Origin: a virus
Taxonomy: Duplodnaviria > Caudoviricetes
Length of the DNA: 64,000 nucleotides
Reading direction: 5' to 3' (one strand)
Virus record (IMG/VR): IMGVR_UViG_3300037424_000434
Coordinates: 32,001 to 96,000 of that record
Positions within the stretch are counted from its first letter, which is position 1. Each line of letters opens with the position of its first letter. A program made the position numbers and the translations under genes. The notes beneath the pieces were generated by a model that worked only from the letters and a program-made list of their open reading frames with translations, made no database searches and was not told the origin of the DNA. This document shows, piece after piece, positions 36,278-45,676 of the stretch.

Positions 36278-36493
36278 ATGACCAGTATGAGGAAATATTA
36301 TGTATATTGGAAACCGATCTTATCTGAAGAAGATTGGGTAATGATACCAATACCCTTTTATACAACCCTCGAAGAAGCATGGAAACGTGCTAGACGTTGT
36401 AATGAATTATTCCCCCAGAATGAACATGTAGCAAGTTTTGCTAATGAGCCTCCTAGACGCAGCTCCTATCTGGATTTAGATATTTTTGATTAA
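36278..36493 (+). CDS. Hypothetical protein
   Basis: Ends YLDLDIFD; TATAAATA at 36163-70. Confidence 0.5.
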   Translation: MTSMRKYYVYWKPILSEEDWVMIPIPFYTTLEEAWKRARRCNELFPQNEHVASFANEPPRRSSYLDLDIFD

Positions 36494-36535
36494 AGATAAA
36501 TACATATAACATTAACACAAGGAGAACATATCCCA

Positions 36536-36703
36536 ATGAAATTCAATGAATATCTTACTGAAGGGTATAATAGAAGAACGGTTGACAAGGCGATCAACAT
36601 GTTTTTTGATATGTTGGATAAAAAGGAAACGTCAAATCAAGACATACAAGATCATATCGAATGGATAGTTGCTGAACTAAAATTACAAGCAAAACATAGA
36701 TAA
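36536..36703 (+). CDS. Putative internal head peptide (55 aa)
   Basis: MKFNEYLTE; GATAAATA at 36495 and AAGGAG RBS. Confidence 0.7.
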   Translation: MKFNEYLTEGYNRRTVDKAINMFFDMLDKKETSNQDIQDHIEWIVAELKLQAKHR

Positions 36704-37011
36704 TAAACATTCTCATAGGTCACTTATAAACCGAATGAAGTATATGTCTTCTCTAAAAGAAACATTCTCATTCGGTTTTTTCTTCTACAACCTCAAATAA
36801 GCTTTCTTAATATCAACCATACACTATATATAGTATGCCCCCCATTCTATCTAATTAATACATATAAAAAAACATATACATTGATATTTACTGGGTCAAG
36901 TGAGGTTTTGCACCTAGGCCGGATACAACTTTTAACCATATCTGGTAAATCTATATCACAGAAAATCGAGAAAATATAAATATACAAGAGAACAGAATAC
37001 AGGAGAACGCA

Positions 37012-37245
37012 ATGATTAATGAAACAGTAGAGAAGTATTTGGTCGAAGGAAATGATCCTACAGGTGATTTCCATGGAACAGCGAGAAATGGTGTGTGGAG
37101 ATATTATGGGATGAATAACCAACAAATAGAATTTAAGTCCATGAATGGGGAACATTACCCAGAGAAGATGACAGCAAAAGAATTGATTGCATTAAAAGGT
37201 AAAGTAAAGAACTGGGAGTATTCCCCTAGAGGAAGTTTGTTCTAA
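37012..37245 (+). CDS. Putative internal head protein
   Basis: MINETVEKYLVE; TATAAATA at 36975-82; AGGAG RBS. Confidence 0.72.
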   Translation: MINETVEKYLVEGNDPTGDFHGTARNGVWRYYGMNNQQIEFKSMNGEHYPEKMTAKELIALKGKVKNWEYSPRGSLF

Positions 37246-37377
37246 ACAGAACAATCATCTGACAAACAAGACATTGACCGAACAGTGTATGTATTCTCCC
37301 TAGAGGAAATACATCATTCATTCGGTCTTTTCTTTATCTCACCGAACAAAATTATTTTGATTTGTGTACGATTTTGT

Positions 37378-37767
37378 TTGACTGAGCTGGACGTTGCGTG
37401 GTATAATGGAATTGACGACCTAAAATTTTTATACCATATCTTATGTATTATCTATAGTTAGATATTACAATTATAAATCATGCCAAAAGTTATTCACACC
37501 CTATAACACATAACGTCGTATAACGTATATTATGTAAACTAGAGAAAATTAATTTAAATCACAAACCCGCATAAACACTGGGCTAGCGAGGACACATTAT
37601 ATGGTATATAATAATATACATAGCTCATATTGAATATGTTGATATCTTTTGGTGTATTATTAGAGCATTACTCTATATGGTATACTCATGATATGGTATA
37701 TACATACTATATATGGTATCAATAATCATTCACTTCCATTATAACACACAACGTCCAGCTCAGTCAA
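37378..37767. repeat. 34-bp inverted repeat (37378-37411 / 37734-37767), each arm a sigma70 promoter, enclosing ATATGGTAT repeats
   Basis: TTGACTgagctggacgttg(c/t)gtg(g/t)TATAATggaa on opposite strands; repeats at 37598, 37674, 37690, 37710. Confidence 0.85.
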
Positions 37768-38377
37768 TCATTCAATGATTATAATCCTTTAATGTGATAT
37801 CATGCCAACTATGATTAATATATAGTTATAATAATCTCATTAAGAGACTAAAGCTACGCCTTGGGGGCCAATAACATATATGAGAGAAAATACCACAAAA
37901 AACAGAGAAAATGAAGATATTTTGTATATGTGAGCTATGGTATAGACTATCATACAAGGTAATAAGATAATATATACAAGAAGTTGTATGAATATATGCA
38001 AGAAATGGACTAGACATTGAACTAGACATTACATATAGGGTAAAAACGCATCATATAGGGGTGGAAGGGGTGTATAGGGGGTATATCGTTCAAAAACGAA
38101 ACAGAACCCTGTTAATTGAGGACGAATAGGGGTCCCATGTGGTATACTCAATGTATGTCAACTTTTTTGACTTCATCTCTCAAAACTTTTTTTGATACAT
38201 CTAGAACACAAGAGGCATCCACAGGGTTTATAGGTAACCCATACTTTTTAAAAACAGATTAGTGTTCATATATAAAAACGTATTCTAATCTAGGATATTA
38301 AAAAATTTTTTGGGGGGATTTTTTTCATTGAAAACCCTAAAACTTTTTCTGGAAAAACACCAGTTTTTCTAAAAGAA

Positions 38378-38446
38378 TAACCCTATAACTACCCGGAATC
38401 ACTAGGGTTATAGGGTTAAGAAAAAAAAAAGGGGGGGGGGGGGGGG
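38378..38446. repeat. 12-bp inverted repeat followed by an A10-G16 tract
   Basis: taaccctataac/gttatagggtta; G16 at 38431-46. Confidence 0.7.
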
Positions 38447-38451
38447 AGGTT

Positions 38452-38943
38452 TTATTTCACCTTAGTCAAGACCCGAAGGTGGAGGCATTGCACGTTATAG
38501 CCGCCCGCGCGAATGGTGTTAATCGTTACGCGCTTTGTACCGGCATTGGTATTCACCTCAAACACGCCGTTGAAGCCGTCATGGGTATGCGTGAATTCTT
38601 CGCTTAAGACTTCGGTAACGCCAGCTTTGTTAAGTTTGGCGGCAATGCTGGCATTGCGTTTATTGGCAATTGCTTTGCAATTTTTGGTTACGAATTCTTC
38701 AATCATTGCGGCGTTACAACCGTTGAAAGCCTTGTACCAAGTCTTACCGCCCGCGATAGCATGAAGTTTGCTGTAATAAGACCATTGGTCGCCGCGCAAA
38801 TTTTGGCCTTCTTCCGACGCTTTGAATTCGCGAATTGCCTGAACCCGACCCTTTGCCCATTCTTGTGAAGCGGTCAAAACTTCGGCATCCATCGGGGCGA
38901 AGACTTCTGCAAGTTTAGTGATAATTTTTGTGGAAGCGGTCAT
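38452..38943 (-). CDS. Conserved phage hypothetical protein
   Basis: GAAGGAG RBS, TTGACA/TATAAT promoter at 38981-39008; visibly GC-richer than flanks. Confidence 0.75.
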   Translation of the reverse strand: MTASTKIITKLAEVFAPMDAEVLTASQEWAKGRVQAIREFKASEEGQNLRGDQWSYYSKLHAIAGGKTWYKAFNGCNAAMIEEFVTKNCKAIANKRNASIAAKLNKAGVTEVLSEEFTHTHDGFNGVFEVNTNAGTKRVTINTIRAGGYNVQCLHLRVLTKVK

Positions 38944-39405
38944 ATTCGTTTCTCCTTCGCTGTATTGTCTCGATAATTGAATTATATCATATAACGAAAC
39001 CATGTCAAGAACTTTTTAAAGTCGGGCAAAAACCCCACCCGAGTTCTGTTTCTGATTTCACCAATTGTTTATGTGTCATAATTCAAGCATCCACTGGGGA
39101 TATGGGGATATGCGGTTCCAATGAGGCTATATAGAATACCCTTATTTGTGTCACTGGAAAATTTTTCATAAGAATATTTAATATTACCAACAGTCCCCTT
39201 GAGGACAATGCCAGTTAACGAATCAGCCAAAATATGAGCAACAACAAATGAATCGACATTATATTCATATACAGGCAGGTATTTGGTTGGCAGGGTACCA
39301 GAGATCCAGAGGCAGGCGGGACTTTCAAGAAAACAAGCGTTATATGGTTAAATACTTTTTTGACACGAACAAAACTTTTTGAAAGTTTTTATGGAATATC
39401 AACAA

Positions 39406-39774
39406 TTACGTGGGTTTTTTTAATGTTTCCGTGATATGCCTTACGAGGGACCAGCGCAACCTTCCATATACAGTTTGACGACTGAAGGTTTCGCCTTTTC
39501 TAGCGGCGTCACAGAAAGAGATATTGGCTCTTTGAATCCCCGGAAATTTTATTGGATACAAATAGTTGCCTGAAAATTTATCCCAGCTTTGATAGGTACT
39601 ATCAATCATTCTCAAAACACCCCCACACGAGACAATATCAAAATACTTTTCGAGATTTCCGCAAATACCTGTATGGGGATTTGGAGAGACTTCACCGGAC
39701 AACCATGACTCTAAAATCTTGATCACAAGTGTTTTCTGTTGTATATCGAATATATCAAATGGGGATTTGCTCAT
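39406..39774 (-). CDS. Hypothetical protein
   Basis: ORF in early cassette. Confidence 0.6.
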   Translation of the reverse strand: MSKSPFDIFDIQQKTLVIKILESWLSGEVSPNPHTGICGNLEKYFDIVSCGGVLRMIDSTYQSWDKFSGNYLYPIKFPGIQRANISFCDAARKGETFSRQTVYGRLRWSLVRHITETLKKPT

Positions 39775-39899
39775 TCGTATTTTTCAGGCTCCCCGCAAAA
39801 TCTGCATTTTCGTTGTCCATGTGGGTCGAACTGGTTCTCAAAAAAGTGTCCGTATACCCAACATAATTTAGCTCTAGCCCTGCTCCATTTGCTTGCCAT
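39771..39899 (-). CDS. Small Zn-ribbon-like peptide
   Basis: AAGGAG RBS; C..GH...CRFC. Confidence 0.45.
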   Translation of the reverse strand: MASKWSRARAKLCWVYGHFFENQFDPHGQRKCRFCGEPEKYE

Positions 39900-40083
39900 C
39901 CCTATCTCCTTTGTCCGCCGCCAGCATTGACCTATTGGTTGTCTTATTGGGATCATCAGGGTGATAGTTATCATACCCGTGCCGCAAAATTTTACCGATG
40001 ATTTGTTGGGCTTCGCCCAACTCTTCGAGAAGGTGCGCCAGCCGCTCTGTTTCTGCTGGCGTCAATTTGTTGTAATGATCCAT
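39874..40083 (-). pseudogene. Truncated MazG-like pyrophosphatase
   Basis: LLEELGEAQQIIGKILRHG present; the second acidic helix is replaced after NRSML. Confidence 0.5.
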
Positions 40084-40101
40084 TTTGCTTCCTTTCGTCA
40101 T

Positions 40102-40337
40102 TTATTTAATACGAAGTTCTTCTTCCAGTAGACAGAACTGATGCTGAATTTGGTTGAAGTCCTCTGCAACATAAGCCATAAACTGGCCAGCGTGTTCACG
40201 CTGCTTGTTCTCAGCAACCATCCCCTCGCGGGTGGTGATCAACGCTTCAAATTTACAACGGAACATCAATTCTTGACGAGCGGCCTTCAACTCTTTTTCT
40301 TTTTGAAATTCAACCAGTGCCAATTCTTTTTAAGCAT
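40102..40337 (-). pseudogene. Frameshifted/deleted derivative of the 41610 cassette
   Basis: Shares RBS and first codons with 41843 but has A5 instead of A6. Confidence 0.5.
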
Positions 40338-40476
40338 GACTTTCTCCTATTGGTTGTGAGAGCAAGCTCTCTCGGTATCCTTTAACTAAAGCATACATCA
40401 ATATAAATTTAATGTCAACAAAAAATAAGAGGTTCGTCGTCCATGTTGTTTTCCCGGTGTATCAGGCTCAGTTATC

Positions 40477-40833
40477 TCAATCATTTATTTCTTGCCCATG
40501 TTCGCAGAATCTGCATGGGAACTCGTTGGTTTCTGTATTGTTATGTTTGCAGTCAATACATTGCCCCCATATCCCCTCGTCATAGGAACCCTCATTATGG
40601 AAACCAAACGGTTCGTGTCTATTTTTGTATTTAATTCTATGGTGACAACAGGGGCATTCTCTATATTGAGTTGTTTGTGGGGAGACACTGGATGTCATTG
40701 CGGTGATAGCGGCATCGGCCACAAGGGCATAGTCCTGCCATCGTTTTTCGTTGCCCCTAGCATCACCAGCGGTATCTGGTGATTCGTCACAGGCAATACA
40801 TATCGCTCTCGCCACGGCTTCTCTTGTTTCCAT
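40477..40833 (-). CDS. Cys-rich hypothetical protein
   Basis: EAVARAIC...RWQDY; CPCC, CIDC, CRFC. Confidence 0.55.
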   Translation of the reverse strand: METREAVARAICIACDESPDTAGDARGNEKRWQDYALVADAAITAMTSSVSPQTTQYRECPCCHHRIKYKNRHEPFGFHNEGSYDEGIWGQCIDCKHNNTETNEFPCRFCEHGQEIND

Positions 40834-40844
40834 TTTTCTCTCCT

Positions 40845-41126
40845 TTACATATAAGTAACAGTGGTTACTGTGCATCCGGGGAACATTTTCCTTGCAATCT
40901 TTTCAGCTTTTTTGTGGTTACATTTTTCTTTTGCGCCGTTTTTAATTTCAATCGTTATCACTTCGATATGTGATTGAACCCAATAACCATCATTCCCCCG
41001 GTAATTTAATTTGACTTCGTATGATTCACGGAGAACAATTTCTTTATGTTTTTTCATTATGGGTATATCAGTGCTCCTCTTGTGTCGGTCTATATAGCAA
41101 CTTAAAATATTGTTGAGCTTTTTCAA
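40845..41126 (-). CDS. Hypothetical protein
   Basis: ORF; start uncertain. Confidence 0.5.
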   Translation of the reverse strand: MKKLNNILSCYIDRHKRSTDIPIMKKHKEIVLRESYEVKLNYRGNDGYWVQSHIEVITIEIKNGAKEKCNHKKAEKIARKMFPGCTVTTVTYM

Positions 41127-41141
41127 GTGCTTTTAATACGG

Positions 41142-41306
41142 TCATAATTCCTTATGATTTACCGTAAAAGTAATATCTTCGAGAAATTTTTTGAATTCGG
41201 GATTGGTGAAATATTCGCGGCAAATTTCTATATTTGCTATCTGGTCCGCATTTTTCGAATTTTTTATTGCGTTGTTAAAAATTTCTTTTGCTTGTTCTGT
41301 TGTCAT
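41142..41306 (-). CDS. Small hypothetical protein (54 aa)
   Basis: GGTGAG RBS; NIEICREYFTNPEFKKFLED. Confidence 0.5.
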   Translation of the reverse strand: MTTEQAKEIFNNAIKNSKNADQIANIEICREYFTNPEFKKFLEDITFTVNHKEL

Positions 41307-41334
41307 GATTCTCACCTATTTTATGGGGGCAATG

Positions 41335-41559
41335 TTATATGATTTCGTTGTCTGCGATAAATTCCGATCCGCAAGGGGTCCATAGAAGGTCGTCCAAGTT
41401 GTTATAGTCAATCACAACAGAACCTGTCAAGCAACTATCGCAAACCCAATTCCTCAATTCCTCAACCAGTTCCACCTCGCTATCGAATCTCTTCGACCAT
41501 CCGGGGTTGGAGCATTTATGCAAACATAGTCTTTCCACTGAACCTCCAAAACACAACAA
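41335..41559 (-). CDS. Cys-containing hypothetical protein
   Basis: CDSCL...LLWTPCGSEF. Confidence 0.5.
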   Translation of the reverse strand: MLCFGGSVERLCLHKCSNPGWSKRFDSEVELVEELRNWVCDSCLTGSVVIDYNNLDDLLWTPCGSEFIADNEII

Positions 41560-41609
41560 TTACTTCTGTGGGATTGTTGACCGTTCAACCAATCCTTTAC
41601 ATGGTTATT

Positions 41610-41843
41610 CTAACTTCTGTGCAAATTTCCGTGCAACCCACAGTGATCAGCCCAGCAAGTGCAACAGCCATTACTTTGAGCGACCTTCAACGCTTTTTCG
41701 TGAAATTCAACCAGCTCCAGTTTTCCTCTTTTGAGGAGAGCGATATATTCACCGTGACCTCGTTCTGCGAGTGCTACGGCTTGGCTACGGCTCAGGTGGT
41801 TCATCACAGTAAAGATATCCAGTGCCAATTCTTTTTTAAGCAT
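41610..41843 (-). CDS. Hypothetical protein
   Basis: AGGAG RBS; TTGACA promoter. Confidence 0.6.
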   Translation of the reverse strand: MLKKELALDIFTVMNHLSRSQAVALAERGHGEYIALLKRGKLELVEFHEKALKVAQSNGCCTCWADHCGLHGNLHRS

Positions 41844-41993
41844 GTCTTTCTCCTATTGGTTGGGGGATTGTCTTGTCGTTTACTATACACAAACTATACA
41901 CCAATAACTATTTGATGTCAACACAAAACAACCAAAGTGGTTTAGATCCACGAACATCAATGATGTCCGTGATGCATTCCTCGTTATTAAAGG

Positions 41994-42335
41994 CTAGTTA
42001 TTTGGACGCGATAGTTCTATACGATCATATAGGTCTTCTAGACTGTTTGTTTGGTCTCTTAGTCTAGTAGATATATAATCAATATCCGAGGCCAGTGGTG
42101 TAAGAAAACCGTTTTCACCTGCTGCATCTTCTTCCGTAGAAACCGGAAGTGCGGGCCTAGTCACGCTTGTTAAAATGTCATTCAGGTGTCTGATAATGGT
42201 TTCATTTCGTTCCAGAGCGGAATAGAGATTGCCCATCGCCTGTGTAATTTCTGCTGTTTTGTTGTTTGTAACTTCCCCTGCCGGGGAGTGGTTTTGTTTT
42301 GTCTTCACGATGCTGTTAGGATCTAGCGTATACAT
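41994..42335 (-). CDS. Coiled-coil hypothetical protein
   Basis: GAGGAG RBS. Confidence 0.6.
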   Translation of the reverse strand: MYTLDPNSIVKTKQNHSPAGEVTNNKTAEITQAMGNLYSALERNETIIRHLNDILTSVTRPALPVSTEEDAAGENGFLTPLASDIDYISTRLRDQTNSLEDLYDRIELSRPNN

Positions 42336-42359
42336 AAAATTTTCTCCTCTCTAAATATA

Positions 42360-42560
42360 TTAATTAATTTCTTCAAAATTGTCAATAAAATATTGACGTG
42401 CGACATACCACAAATCGGAATGGTTCTTTGGATTCCGGGCTATCATTCCCATATCAGTTTCAGGGAAATCAACATCAGACACAGAAATACCGGTCATATT
42501 CTCTCCCTGAACATACTCTCTCATTTCTGCTACATTGGTCCTTCGATATTTTTTATACAT
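42360..42560 (-). CDS. Conserved phage hypothetical protein
   Basis: AEMR.Y..GE...ISVS...GMIARNPKNHSDLWYVA. Confidence 0.7.
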   Translation of the reverse strand: MYKKYRRTNVAEMREYVQGENMTGISVSDVDFPETDMGMIARNPKNHSDLWYVARQYFIDNFEEIN

Positions 42561-42648
42561 ATTTGTACCTCCTTTGTTATTTTCTTTGTCATTAAAGCAA
42601 TCCTTTTGATAACAACATTAACCAAGACACATGTTTTATTGCTATGGT

Positions 42649-42948
42649 TTATTCAGAATCGTCTTCATGTACATATAATGTTTGTTCTAGATACGATCCA
42701 ACACGGTGCTTTAGACCACATGTACAAGTTTTGTCATAATACCCAAAATCACACGAAGATGGATGTTCAAACTCAAAATGGTTAGGCATGTCCAGTATGG
42801 CTTTTTGTAGTTTTTCGTTTTGTTTTTGAAGAACGTCCAGCTCATCCAAGGCCATAGCAATAGCTTCACTTGAAGTTGCCGAATGACCTTCACCGCAGCA
42901 CACCATGGAACTTAGCATACCTATAGCCGTGCGTATTTTGTCTCTCAC
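42649..42948 (-). CDS. Hypothetical protein
   Basis: AAGGAG RBS, GTG start. Confidence 0.55.
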   Translation of the reverse strand: MRDKIRTAIGMLSSMVCCGEGHSATSSEAIAMALDELDVLQKQNEKLQKAILDMPNHFEFEHPSSCDFGYYDKTCTCGLKHRVGSYLEQTLYVHEDDSE

Positions 42949-43036
42949 GTTTCAATCTCCTTTAATGTTTTTTGATAACAATCTTTTAATAAAAAACAAA
43001 ACCTACTCTTTTTCTGTTTATCAACAAATTAGAAAC

Positions 43037-43549
43037 CTAAACTCCCGCACGGTGCTTCTCGATCCGGTCGAAAATCTCATAAACAAACGCCTCGTGTTCG
43101 TCTTTAAGATTTATTTTTGCTTTATTGAATTCATAGTATTGTTGGGCTGTATTTCCGAACTTGTAGCCCATCGCTGTCCAGTCAATAACCATATGGATAA
43201 CATCCATATAATTTTCAGCGGTTTCGTGGTGGTGGTGATTCTTCTCTTTGTGATTTTTCCACGCAGAATCAAAGCCACTGGATCTCTTGTCTTCGTCATT
43301 CACTGGGGAGAATGATGCCCTATACTGGACAAATTCTTCCTTACTGAATTTCGATAAATCGTGCGCTATCACTTCGGCCCGAAGAGTATGCCAACCACAA
43401 TCATCCCCAACCCACAACATGTCACCACAAGCGTTTGATATTTCAATAAACGCTAATCGCACATTTTCAAGATGATCTTCGAGGTAGTCTAAATACTGCC
43501 GTGTTTTGTCGATATAGTCTTGTCCTGCCATCCGATCTATAAAAGCCAT
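43037..43549 (-). CDS. HD-like (DUF5662-type) protein
   Basis: H...V, AHDLSKF..EEF..Y, AWKNHKEKNHHH, MVIDW. Confidence 0.7.
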   Translation of the reverse strand: MAFIDRMAGQDYIDKTRQYLDYLEDHLENVRLAFIEISNACGDMLWVGDDCGWHTLRAEVIAHDLSKFSKEEFVQYRASFSPVNDEDKRSSGFDSAWKNHKEKNHHHHETAENYMDVIHMVIDWTAMGYKFGNTAQQYYEFNKAKINLKDEHEAFVYEIFDRIEKHRAGV

Positions 43550-43616
43550 AATTCCTCCTTTCTGGTATCAAATATTCAGTCCATTTTCGTGTTATTGAAT
43601 TTGCTTGTCTCGGGGT

Positions 43617-43841
43617 TTATCGATCTTTTCCTTTGGTTCCCTTGATATAAGCTTCTTTGTTGAGCCTGATTTGTTCTACTGTTGCTTGTTCAGATCCGCA
43701 GTAATCACAGACAGCATAATGAAGATCCACAACAATAGGAATCCCATCAATCGTCTCATCCAATACATGTTTAGTTACCAAGTAGTCTACGTAACCTATA
43801 AAACAGATTGGGCATTTGGTTGACTCTGTTTGATTATTCAC
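43617..43841 (-). CDS. Stand-alone MqsA/YgiT-type zinc ribbon
   Basis: CPIC...IPIVVDLHYAVCDYCGSE. Confidence 0.6.
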   Translation of the reverse strand: MNNQTESTKCPICFIGYVDYLVTKHVLDETIDGIPIVVDLHYAVCDYCGSEQATVEQIRLNKEAYIKGTKGKDR

Positions 43842-43912
43842 CGAAGTTCCTTTGGGGTTTAGTTTGTCTTGCTTGGCATGGAGACGGTTGATTGTGTTGC
43901 ACCCGAGGGAAT

Positions 43913-44083
43913 TTAGATAAAGCCAAGTGACGCTACCCCGAATTCATATGCAGACCGCCATCCACACCACGCATCTTGAATTGACGGCAACACATAATCG
44001 CCATGTTCGTTGCGTCTCATTGTATGCTTGTTTCCCCTGAGATGGTACATTTCGAAATCCTCGCGAATTTTTGCTTCATCCAT
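43913..44083 (-). CDS. Small hypothetical protein
   Basis: REDFE...YV...IQDAWCGWRSA. Confidence 0.55.
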   Translation of the reverse strand: MDEAKIREDFEMYHLRGNKHTMRRNEHGDYVLPSIQDAWCGWRSAYEFGVASLGFI

Positions 44084-44093
44084 TACTATCTCC

Positions 44094-44297
44094 TTATATC
44101 TTGAACAAATCGCCATCAAAATATTCCACAACACTACTCTTTTTATGTTTGGCCAAACATCTTTTACAGGTTATATTGTCAACAACAAGCGTAAGTTTCA
44201 AGCCCTTGCCTCTTGCTCGTTTTGTTTTGCAGAGGGCTTCGTTTATGCCGTAATGTATCACCGGAACATACTCTCCGAATTTTCTCCATAAATACAT
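44094..44297 (-). CDS. Small protein with acidic LF tail
   Basis: HY...ALC...ITCKRC; ends YFDGDLFKI. Confidence 0.6.
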   Translation of the reverse strand: MYLWRKFGEYVPVIHYGINEALCKTKRARGKGLKLTLVVDNITCKRCLAKHKKSSVVEYFDGDLFKI

Positions 44298-44326
44298 AAC
44301 TCTCTCGTCTCTGTCATGAACAATGG

Positions 44327-44536
44327 CTAATCGTTTTTTCGTCTATCCCCACCAATATCTTCGGTTCTGGAATATCGGCGTTTAAACGCATAACAATCAT
44401 CCCACTCATCAAGTTCCCATTTCTGAATGACCCGAACTCCCTCCCAATGTCCTTTTGAACACCAAGCCCATGGGCTACTCAAATTATACTCAGTTAGTTC
44501 TTCGCCCATTCTATACATGCATTCATCACATTTCAC
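44327..44536 (-). CDS. Small Cys-containing protein
   Basis: CDEC...CSKGHW. Confidence 0.45.
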   Translation of the reverse strand: MKCDECMYRMGEELTEYNLSSPWAWCSKGHWEGVRVIQKWELDEWDDCYAFKRRYSRTEDIGGDRRKND

Positions 44537-44592
44537 AAATTTTTCTCCGTTGTTTGGTGATATCCAATCCTATTGTCAGCGAAAAGGGGGAA

Positions 44593-45165
44593 TCACACAA
44601 TTTGGCAATGGGAGGGCACTAAACAAACAACACCTTTCTTTTTTATAAAAAGAGCTTGTCGGTTGAAATTCCAAACAAACAATGTACTGTTATTTGGTTT
44701 ATCTGTGAGTACATCCATAACCCAAGTGTATGGCACTCCACAATCAAGATCGTCAATGTAATTATTAATATGGGCTGGTTGTGGTTCGGGGTCAGGTTCC
44801 TCTTTGTTTCCACAGGTACAATTCCCCCCACATCCCTGCCCTCCAGAATTGTTGGGTGGTGTGTTTACTTGCTCCCCTGTTGACGAGGTAAAACCTGATG
44901 GTGGGGTTTTGTGAAGAGTAGAGTCATTAGTTTCGATGTTTTTCCTATCACTTTCTGTACATGGTGATTTTATTTGTTCCTCAAAAATGTATTCTTCTTG
45001 ATTACTCGGTTCCACCTCAATCCCAAACTCTGACAATTTGCTTTTCAGTCGGGAAATATAAGATAGCTGGTCTTGCACCAAGGCATCCAGACTTTCGTTG
45101 AGTTTTCGGGATTCTTTGAGTCCGGCTAATAGTTTGCGGATTGTTGCGGTTTGGTCAATAGACAT
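44593..45165 (-). CDS. Hypothetical protein
   Basis: Coiled coil, low-complexity linker, C-terminal beta region. Confidence 0.6.
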   Translation of the reverse strand: MSIDQTATIRKLLAGLKESRKLNESLDALVQDQLSYISRLKSKLSEFGIEVEPSNQEEYIFEEQIKSPCTESDRKNIETNDSTLHKTPPSGFTSSTGEQVNTPPNNSGGQGCGGNCTCGNKEEPDPEPQPAHINNYIDDLDCGVPYTWVMDVLTDKPNNSTLFVWNFNRQALFIKKKGVVCLVPSHCQIV

Positions 45166-45277
45166 TTGTTTCTCCTAAGCAGGATTAAGGACATAGTTAA
45201 TGGTCGTAAAAATTATATCATAACATTTCCGGGTTCTACATGTCAACAAGTTTTTGTAGATTTTTCGACATATCACA

Positions 45278-45538
45278 TTAAAGAAATAAAATCAGCCAAG
45301 CTAGAAGCTTGCACACGATATATGATCCAGTCAGCGCCGTTGGCACAGAAATCAGCCACACCACCAAATCACTCCGAAACAAACGTTGAAGTTTAGAAAA
45401 AACAAATACGAAAATAGGGACTGCAATGAAAAGAAATACCAAAAATTCAAACACAGAACTATCTCCGCTCCAGAGAAGTTTGTCCAACTCCATTTCAGTA
45501 CGTGACCTATATAAAATTATCGATCCACCATTTTGCAT
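45278..45538 (-). CDS. Two-TM membrane protein
   Basis: Hydrophobic helices; AAGGAG RBS. Confidence 0.55.
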   Translation of the reverse strand: MQNGGSIILYRSRTEMELDKLLWSGDSSVFEFLVFLFIAVPIFVFVFSKLQRLFRSDLVVWLISVPTALTGSYIVCKLLAWLILFL

Positions 45539-45676
45539 TTTGTTTTCTCCTTTTCTGTCTGTGTTTGTTTGTATTGACGAAGTTCTTTTTTTAATTGTTT
45601 ACCGGCGATGCAAGGCTTTTTGCATTCTCCCCCACATGAACAATCAGATTGATAGTTCATAATAAATCCTTTCTAA

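Larger units (their letters stand above)
35907..36947 (+). repeat. 75-bp direct repeat (35907-35981 and 36873-36947)
   Basis: One mismatch; imperfect similarity continues about 25 bp further. Confidence 0.92.
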
